A stretch of 64,000 nt of DNA from Blasia pusilla (lineage: Eukaryota), in NCBI GenBank assembly GCA_050084515.1, contig CM114271.1:2790001-2854000 (forward strand), written 5' to 3'. The notes below the pieces were generated by a model. It was given only the letters and a program-made list of their open reading frames with translations. It was not told the origin of the DNA and did no database searches. Both the position numbers and the translations under genes were made by a program. Shown here piece by piece: positions 54,901 through 64,000 of this stretch (its first letter is position 1; every line of letters begins with the position of its first letter).

Positions 54901-57900
54901 CCACCCCTCTCGAATGGCCGCAGTGGGGCACCGAGAAAATATTTTAGTAACTCGGGCATCAAACAAATTTTTTATTTTCTGGGTTGATATTGCACTAGCG
55001 CGCCCATCTCGGAGAGAAGAAGGGTTTCGTGTTTTGATGGCCTGTGGAAATTTAGGGCTATTCAAACCAGGGTGCGGGGATCGAGTAGCCCTAATCGAAT
55101 CGGCGTTCGAGTCCAGATTTGGGAAAGTACAGATCCACCGCAAACGGATTGTGGACCGTCAGTGTGTCACCTTGGGATCTTGTGACGAATATGATGTCTT
55201 CAATATAACTTCCGATGTCGAGCTGCGATGCATCCGTGAAGCGAATCCCTGAATGAAGAATAGGACGCGCGTTTCCTGAAGCCTTCACCCCTCGCTTCCT
55301 GTAATTGTAGCTAGGTCCGTGAGGAATTTTGAAATGCGGGCTCCGTGTGGGGTGAGGGCAGCGTTTAGCTTTGCCGGCTCTACCCCGGCCGCTTTGTCTT
55401 GGAGTTATTCTGAGCCAGACTTCTCGGTGCTTTCTGTCACTGAGAGACAACAAGATTGGCATATCTACAATTTCGAACTGTGTGACGCCCTACGACCATG
55501 TTGTACATCATGCAGCAAGCACTTGAAATTATTCATGTGCGAAGAGTTCTATTCCTCCACGTGCCAGGAATCTCTCAGGGAAATACTCCTCCCAAAGTGG
55601 AGCAGTGGTCACATCCTCCAAGCCTTCCAAAACCATGCAGCAATTACCTCCTGCGGGCGAAAGGAAAGGCGAATGTGAAGTCGGCGTGTCATGTGAGTTG
55701 TTCACTTCGCAGTACGTGGAGTTTCGTTCTTTCCTCGTCAGGACGGGAAACCGTCCCTTACCCGGGGACACGCAAGCGGGTAAACCTCGGAAAGGTAATT
55801 TTTCTCCCGGTTTGTCCACCACAGTTTGTTAATTTTTATTGTTTTGTAGCTCACATGTCACTCCTATCGAGGAGGCTCCTGGGCTGGCCAAGGATCGCTA
55901 ACAGGACCCGTCATTGTATGGAACATCGTACAACTCTTTAAGCAAAGCCCCCCCTAATTGTTGGGCCGGATCGAAAGCAAATATCGTTGGCTCATCCGAG
56001 CTCCTTCAGTTGTGTACTCTAGCTACGAACTTCAGTATCTGAAGATTCATGCATCTGTGCCACACATACGCTAGCTAGGGTAATATCCTGGCTCATTCCA
56101 CTTTGATTATAGAAGATAGTGATCTGTTCTTAGGCCTTCCGTATTCACCGTTTGTCGATCTCTGCGACATACACTAAGAAAATGACGAGAGGTGACAATT
56201 CGATTTTTCCGGACCAAGCGGTACAGATAGTCTCTACAGCAGACTTCGAGTAGTTATCCTCCCGGGTAGTTGGTGCCTGAAAATGTAGTATCCTAGAATT
56301 AATTGTGAACTTCCTGAATCCTCGTTATTCGGGAATGATCCTTCAATGGTCACGTGAAAGGACGTTCTCTAATTTGCGGGATTCATGAGCGGGACTGCGG
56401 CAGTTTGTTCAAGGGAGTAATTTCTGCACACTTTTGTGTGCTACCGTCTTTGGGAGAATTAGACCCTTGCTTTGAGTCTATGAAATAGAAGCGAGTTCCA
56501 AGGTTCGCGAGATAAGGTACATCGAGGGTAGCACAGCACAAGCTCTCCGTGTCGAAATTTACAGGGCGACAAACCTCAGAAATGTCCTAGTTTACAAGTT
56601 ATTAAGCCTGACAGACATCAGAAGTCATCACGCTCCCAGAGGTATAATTAATGGAACCTTCTAGAACTACCACCACCGCTAATGAGCCTTGTTCCACCGG
56701 GTCCCAACAGTGGAAGCACAATAATTCCTGAAGTAAATCCGATTCTCCACTTTCAGCTAAGTAATATATCTGGAGTCTAAAATTTTGATGCATCTAGTTT
56801 CCCTGTATAACTTTACGATTGGAGTCCCTACCTTCATATGCAGAGCTGGCCACTATCAGCAAGATCAGAAATGTATTCGGGCAGATAGTCGAAGACCCTG
56901 TCGAAATTTCTACTCCAGTAAATTCTCATCACTCGGCCCGGTATAACCTGGTGACGGTAGACATTCCCCACGGCAGTCACTGCCACTAGTGAGGCAGCTA
57001 AGTTTTGCCTGATTCTTCGTTTACAGGTTGCCGTGTACCACATACCATCTTCCGACTGCAGATGGCGGAATCCTTCCCTAACAACAGAAAATGAAGCACA
57101 GCAAATGATGTGACGCTGAAAACCCAACTGCAGAGAAGTAGACCCCATACGTGGAATCCAACCTACAAGTAGAGATCTAAATCTACAACCATGTACTTTC
57201 ACTCCACAAAAAGTTAAGTTAAACTTGTTTCGAGCAAACTAACTCAGTAGAGCTTATGAGGAACTGAATGCCATAATAGCGCAGCAGCAGTTAACCCAAG
57301 CCAACTCGTATACGAGTTAGTCAGTTCTATCAATTCAACCTAATGCAGCCATAAAATCTCTACACGATTCTGGACTAAAAGCCCAAAGTTTGCTTCATAA
57401 GTTTTCATAGACAATGCATCTCAACCAGAAAAGTATGGGTGATAGCTGAGGTCTGACTTCTGAACAGATTTGTGGCTGACAGGGTCCAAAACAACAAAAT
57501 CCAAAGGAGCCCAGACTGTCGTCCAGATGTAGGATCCTTGCATGCCCTGCTTGGGTCGATTAAACATTATAATCTATCACCACACAAACTCATTAAATAA
57601 AATAGCCAGGGTTTAGTGAATTGGTGCTCCCTAGCATATCTTCCATCCGATTGCACTCAGCAACAAGAAGCTTGATGTCTGCATCATCTTACAGTAGTAG
57701 AAGATTTTTGCAGAGGATAGAGACACAAAGTTCATATTAGGGTTCAAATCCTTGCTATGTTAAGGGTGAGAGCCTGCGGTACAGCTAACCACCACAGAGT
57801 CGAGAGTTGTAATGACAATACCAAATGGCAATGACCCCGTCATTGACATTAGCAGTGAAGGAATCCTCCAATCCAAACTCTAGATGATTTCCTATCCAAA

Positions 57901-58388
57901 AGACAGACTGCGTGTGCGAGGACAATACAAGTCACTGCAGATCTTGAATGACTAAAACTGCACCAAAGATTAGTAATTGCTGTGTAGAATAAAAGGCTCA
58001 ACTTGAGTCCTAACATCTGCTGCGAGATCCCACAAACACCAGAGGGCATTCATTCCTTGAAGTCAAAAATTCATTAATAAGTGTTTATGTGACTTCCCAA
58101 AAAATTGCTCAATAGGTGATTGCTGTTAAGTCTCAAAGCTTCCATCTTAAATGAGTTATATGACATTGGCATTTCACCAAAAAATGTACATTGACTAGCC
58201 TCTCAAAAAAGTTGTAAATTTTGACCTTTACACTTGTATCCCCATTTTGACTCTTGAGTATTGAGTGATTTAGCAATTCTGGTCTTCGGAAAACTTTACA
58301 AGAAAGGATGAAGGTGGTGAAGGCACTCTGTGAAAATTCTAGGTATCAAATGGGGCATGTTTGGGGCAATTTCGTACTTCTTTTCAGC

Positions 58389-60640
58389 CTAGTATTTGGT
58401 TAACCCTGAGTGATGCACAAGTTCTCTGACTGCAGAAGCAAGTAAACCTAGGGCAGCGACCATGTTTTCACCTTGCTCCCGCCTAAGATTCCTGTTCAGC
58501 TCATTGTTTCGATCATGGCAATCTATGATTCTATCTACCATAGAAGACATGTACAGAGAAAATCGGTCAAGAGAATCCGAACCACCCTCCTGGCTCTCAT
58601 GCAATTGTTCTTCTGGCCTTTGAGCAGGTTTTTGCTCCGCTTCAGTAGCCATGACTGTCTCATGACCTACTACATTCCGGTCTGTCTCCTGACCACCTGA
58701 ACTCTGGGCTGTTCCCGGACCTCCGGCATTCCGCTTCCGCTTTCTTCGTACGGGAGCTTCATCTGTAGCCGATTGTAGGCCTGCAAAGTCAAGTACCCAA
58801 GAGCTCAACTTAAAACGCTCCTATTTTCTAAAACCCCTACGTTTCATCCACACAGCTTTTTCAGCCAGGAAGGATGATTTTCTCGTCCAATAATCAGCTG
58901 AAATTCAGAGTGCTCCCACCCAACACCCAATTCCCAATCAGACAGAAGGCCGAAAGTTTTTTTCAATCGTAGTCATGATGCGGTAAGCCTAAACCTTTGT
59001 TGCTCATGCTCCGTGATAGCAAGATGGCAGACACATAAAAGATACGCTACCACTATTTACAAAGTTGCTACATAAATCCAGAATGCAAAGCATTTTCAAC
59101 CCACTAACATCCCCAGTAGGTCTACTACGACTTCCACTACGAGCAGGTGTGGAAATCGAAGGAAGAAAAGAAATTTGGGAAGAAGAAGTTACATCTCTTC
59201 CAGGTATCTTCTTCAACGTATCTGAAGATCGACGTTCATGATATCAAAACGGCTGTAGAAATTTCAAACATCTTAAACTCTCGCTCTATGCATCCAGCGA
59301 ACTAACTTTACTCAGGAAACTGGGATGGACAAACCGACACACACTTACGGTTTTCCTCGGGAGGTACCATTACCTCCTGGGAAATAAATTTCCAGTCTTC
59401 CAGCTACGTAAACAGTTCATCACATACAAGCCATTTGATCAAAGACACTGATAAGAGTATCTCAGAACAAGATGACCTGAAACATGGACTGGCAAAGAGC
59501 TGTCCCTCCCGCCGCTAGTGTCCACTGATGACCTCATGCCCCCTTTTGTAGGGTACACAGAAGCGTTTGCTTATAAAAGCTCTAACTGCGGCTATCCACA
59601 TCATCTCAGCAGAATTCCATGCCTCCGTTACTGTGAGCAGACGTGTCCTTATAACATTCCGTGCCTGATTTAGGTTAGAGACTCTGCGTTTGCACAGGCG
59701 CGTGGACAGAGGTCTTTCTTCAGAGCTATGCGAGTCTTAACAATGTCTGAAAAATTTTTGACGAATTGAGTTACTTCCATTCCCATAGCCCGCGCCCCAA
59801 ACCGCCACCGCCACCAAGAAGCCCCAGACATGCAGACAGTTTATTTATTCTTTCTTTCTTACCATGTTGAGGCAGCGCAGCATCGTCCGGCTGTGGGAGA
59901 GTTGGTTCACTCCCTAAGGGTGGAGCTAATGGATTGTCTAACTCGGCATCGCCCAATTTAGGGTCCAATTCGATTCTCCCCGCGAGAAATGAATCCATTA
60001 CTTTCCAAATTCCTTCATCAAACCCAGCCGGTAGCCTCTTCGCCCGCAAGTCCATTCCACCCATCAACCAGTACGACTCCGCTCCATTCAGCCGCTCCCA
60101 TTCCTTAATTTTCTTATAGGCTGTCAGCAAAGTGTTCCATCGCTTCCTGCACTGGAAGCTCGTCCTCTGCACGCCATGATTGCAGCAAATCCCAGCTATT
60201 TGCTTCCATTTCGCGTCACCCCCTTTCACCGTCGAAATTGAATCCTCCTCTATCTGCTTCTTCGCTGTCACCAGCACCATACTCTCATGACTTGTCCACC
60301 TATCTCCCTTCCACCTCTTCTCCCCTTTTCCAGCCTCACTCCTCCCCTGCCCATCTCCTCCGCCACCCCCATCACCGCCACCAACTCTCTCTCCCCTCTC
60401 CTCCTCCTCCTCCATTTCCAATCGCTGCTCATGCCGCGCTCCTGCAACTCCATCTTCGGATCCGACCCTCCCTCCTCCTCCGTCGTGACGAAATTGCACA
60501 TCGCCCGGCAACTGCAAAAGCCGAGCTGGTGTCGAGTGGCCTTGCTGATGGAGAAGCAATGGCAACAGTCCGAACACAGTTTTCCCTTCGGAATCACAGT
60601 CTTCGCCCGCCCCTCTCACGTCCCTCGACGAGCCAGCCAT
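58389..60640 (-). CDS. Trihelix (Myb/SANT-like) transcription factor, ASR3/SH4-like; exons 60640-59863 and 58780-58389
   Basis: RWTSHESMVLVTAK...KWKQIAGIC...QCRKRWNTLLTAYKKIKEWE...SYWLM...LPAGFD. The GT-AG intron keeps the frame (QHG|LQSA). NLS RRKRKR and C-terminal helix LGLLASAV. Confidence 0.9.
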
Positions 60641-61570
60641 CGCCAGGGGCTGGGCCAGACTTCCAATAGCACAGTGCCAGAGCCCTGAGCCCTCGCGTCC
60701 AGCCGGTGATTCCTACGTGTTCTCCACCGCCTCCGGACACGTGTATCGCGTAACCGGAAACGGTGTCGCCAATCGCCCGCTCTTCCTTTGCCCGCCTCCT
60801 CCCCCCCACCGGCTACCGGCTCTTGAGCAGAGACACGAATATGAAACCGTGACTAACTAGCAACACCCCTTCTTGGCACTAAAACTCGCGATTAGCGCTA
60901 ATACACTCCTCGTTCTACTTCATAATTCACAACTCACTAATCCCCTACTCGCACTAAGCCTCTCTCAACAAGTGATCATCATCGGATTATAATGGTGCAA
61001 GTCCCCTTCCAAAAACCGGATTAGTCTAAACCAGCTCGACTCGTTGGTCCCCATTCCTCTTGAAGCGGAAAAAAAAACCGAAAGGAAACGATAATAATCT
61101 CCTCCACCGTCTTCCTTCAGGGACCTCATTAACCTCAGGAGTCGGTAGAGGGGATCCTAATCGTAGGCATTAACGCACCCCATGGGCATGCCCAACGCTC
61201 CCCGTAGCTCTAGGTAGGAGGAAGAGGAGGACATTGGGCGCCGATTTCCCCCTAATTGAAAGAGGCGTTTCCTGACGCTGGATGTTGGAATCGACGGTGC
61301 ACAGAGCCTTGCTAATACCTGCAATACCGCCGTCTATTGTGCGTGTTTTATTGAGAGCGACACCCGCGCAAATCGTACAGGGAGCTGGTAGCGCGCAGTA
61401 CGGGGAGACTGCCATGAAGAATGGGAGCCTCTCGTCCTCTCGAATGGAACCCGCGATACGAACCGTAGGACTTCATCACATCGGCGCCCGCAACACGATT
61501 TCGACGTCATAAGCCCTCGAAAATAATATGGCCTTAGATTGGGTTTTATTTTTTCAAAGCAATTATATAA

Positions 61571-61750
61571 TCTATATTATCATGGGAGGGTACCTATTTT
61601 ATTTGCAAACACCTATGTATGACATATGGCGAATGTGAAGAAAAAATTTTGAATTTCTGCTTAGCATGGTTAATTTCTTCCCTTCTCAAAGTATACACTA
61701 GTTCGTAAATACTCTTTTATATGCCGTGCATCGCACGGGCACCTTACTAG
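61571..61750 (+). mobile_element. Non-autonomous mini-Helitron (180 bp)
   Basis: 5' A|TCTATATTAT, 3' hairpin ccgtgc-atc-gcacgg (61724-61738), then CTAG|T. Confidence 0.75.
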
Positions 61751-62096
61751 TATATTATTATTTGAGAGTGCCCTTATAGGAGGTGCAATGCCTCCCAGTG
61801 ATACTTATCTTTTTTGGGCTGAAAATTATTTGATACAGGTCGCATTCTCCCTTTCGATTTTGAAAGGCCTCCTATCGACTTAAAAGTTATTTGACGTTGT
61901 AAGAAGGCTGATAGGGCTCGGATGCCTTTCATCCGTGTTGCACAAGGGCACCAACTAATATCCACATAGGAGCATTTTCTTCTTGGACAAATCGGACGAC
62001 TCTTCTCTGAGTGGGATCATGAAAAACCCGTTGGGATGATGGTAATTTTCCGTAAACCCACAAAAGATAGTCCTCTTCGATTCAATATTAATTTTA

Positions 62097-62134
62097 TTGC
62101 CATAAGTACTCTACTCGTAGAGTACTTATGGCAA
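62097..62134. repeat. Perfect 18-bp-arm palindrome
   Basis: ttgccataagtactctac-tc-gtagagtacttatggcaa. Confidence 0.9.
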
Positions 62135-62345
62135 GTTATTAATTTTTTTTCAAGTTGAAACTATTTATGAATCAAAGTGTGGCGTCTTGGGAGGGAAATA
62201 ATTTCCAAGGATCGACCCATTGAAAATGCTCTACTTTCTTGTTCCATCAATAGCGGTTACATGTGGAAAATTGGACGTCATTTTTTTTTCCACTCACATG
62301 TTTTATGATAATTTATTTTTTAAGTTAAAAGTATTATAAGAGAAA

Positions 62346-62512
62346 TCTATATACTGATTGGAGGATGTTGTTTATGTGACTACTCCTCCTTTTGCCATGT
62401 CAATAGATTTATGTCAAAAAGACTTTGTCACCTTAAGTGGGGTCAAAGGAAGAGAAATGAATAAAGAGAGAATATGTAAATGGGGTCCGTGCATCACAAG
62501 GGCCCTAACTAG
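62346..62512 (+). mobile_element. Second mini-Helitron (~167 bp)
   Basis: 5' A|TCTATATACT, 3' imperfect hairpin gggtccgtgcatcacaagggccc, then CTAG|T. Confidence 0.65.
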
Positions 62513-64000
62513 TTTGTTTTGATGGAGAAACCTTAATTAGAGACACTCTTACAGGCGTCTTATTTTGGGTTTGCATTCTTATGACAATTTTATTTTCATT
62601 TTTCATATATTTTGAATCACTAGAAGAAAAACATGATTTAAATAATTTGATAATAAATCATTTCTGTACAAAAGCATTCAAATTATGATTCAATTTCATT
62701 TTTATGACTTAGAAAGCCCCATAAATGCATATTTTCATGATTTATAATAATTATAAAATAATATAAATATCATTATATATTATATAAGAAAGGAATTTTT
62801 TAATGGCTTTAAAATTCATAGTATATTTCCAAAAAATTACCATAAAATATTTTTATGAGTCGTACTCAGAGGGGAATTTACTTTGAAATTTTCTTTTAAT
62901 CTCAAGTTATTGAACAAATGAAAAATGCAGTCGCTCCAATAATCTTTGCAATTATGGATTCTTTTCCAACATTAAATTTTATATTTCCTTAATAAATAAA
63001 TGCACATATCGCTAGTCCATTTATGATTTCTTTGGACATATTTTCAAAAAACTTTATTTTTATGAATTTAAGGAAGGAAAGAAGAAGAAATACTCATGAA
63101 GACTACTACCAAGGAGCTCACTATCAATATATAGCAAGACGATTTCCTTGAATCAAACTATTAGATTTATTAACCATTATCTTACTTTAATTTTAATTAA
63201 ATATGCAGTTGAATTTTCTAATTTGAACGGATTAAATCTCTCATAATTTTTTAAATTTTCTTTTTAAATGAAATTTCCATTCATTTTGATTTTCAATTTG
63301 AATTTTCAATTCTTTTAAAATATCCCTTACTTCCAATTTTTCCATATTAATCTTCACATAATTTTGATTGGAAATTGATTGCAAATATAAGTTTAGAAAG
63401 AAGAAATGTTTACTAAGACTAATTTAATGATACTTACATTACCAATTTGGTGCAAGATGCATATCTTTTTCCAATCATTTGGCTTGTAGTTTTTCACATA
63501 CCACCAAATCTATTTTTTCCTTTTGAATGGTTTAGATATTACAGGAAGTAGAATTATTCATTTTCACCATTTAAATAAAAATTATGTATAAATCAAATGA
63601 ATGAAATTTTTTTAAGAAATAAAAATATCTTATATCTTATAATTGATGATTAAATTATACATATTCTTAAAATTTATTTTTCAATCCATATACTCTTGGT
63701 CATCCAGAAGGTTATCACTATTTTTTAATAATATTTAATCATAAAGAATAATTTTAGAAAAAAATCCACCGAATGGGCTTATGCTTTTTATTAATATATT
63801 TAATGAGTTCACGTTCTACATGTGCGACTGCACAGTGTAGTGGTAGCAAGACTTACTTTGGTAAAGGTGGTTCAAATTCAAATCCTACATCCTTAAAATT
63901 CTGATAGAAGATGGAGGAAGGATGAAGATTGGGAGACGTAACAATGGATAAAGTGTACATGGATGAAAATAGATGGTAAAAGGGAAGATGGATGGAGGAT

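Noticed and set aside
55425-55445. miR156/529-related site (gtgctttctgtca)
   Set aside because: Only a partial match with several bases missing, and no precursor hairpin was seen.
55715-55770. Hammerhead ribozyme on the minus strand (CUGACGA...GAAAC core visible)
   Set aside because: Stem II would be one base pair, and three unpaired bases separate the GUA triplet from stem I. The type I topology fails to pair stem I.
61130-61520. GC-richer block as a gene or organellar insertion
   Set aside because: No frame gave a recognisable protein or RNA. It cannot be supported without a search.

Overview
Land-plant nuclear genomic DNA, probably a non-seed plant (inferred from the transposon families present). 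Host genes, all on the - strand: two tandem two-exon BAHD acyltransferases (472-2397, 9566-11445), a ~22-exon RHD3/Sey1 GTPase (40366-51092) and a two-exon ASR3-like trihelix transcription factor (58389-60640). The ~12.7-38.9 kb interval is a nest of decayed transposons. It holds a large Mutator-like element (MULE/SWIM transposase, weak TIRs, cargo ORFs including an RPA70-like zinc-binding OB-fold), a CRE-type non-LTR fragment, a Ty3/Gypsy retrotransposon and a foldback element with TG...CA ends. The main finding is the Gypsy polyprotein: gag - protease - C5 cytosine DNA methyltransferase (motifs I, IV, VI, VIII, IX, X visible) - RT - RNase H - integrase - PHD finger. The element thus carries both a chromatin writer and a reader; this copy is degenerate. 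Two mini-Helitrons and several inverted and tandem repeats are also present. All calls come from reading the sequence by eye; no database searches were run.
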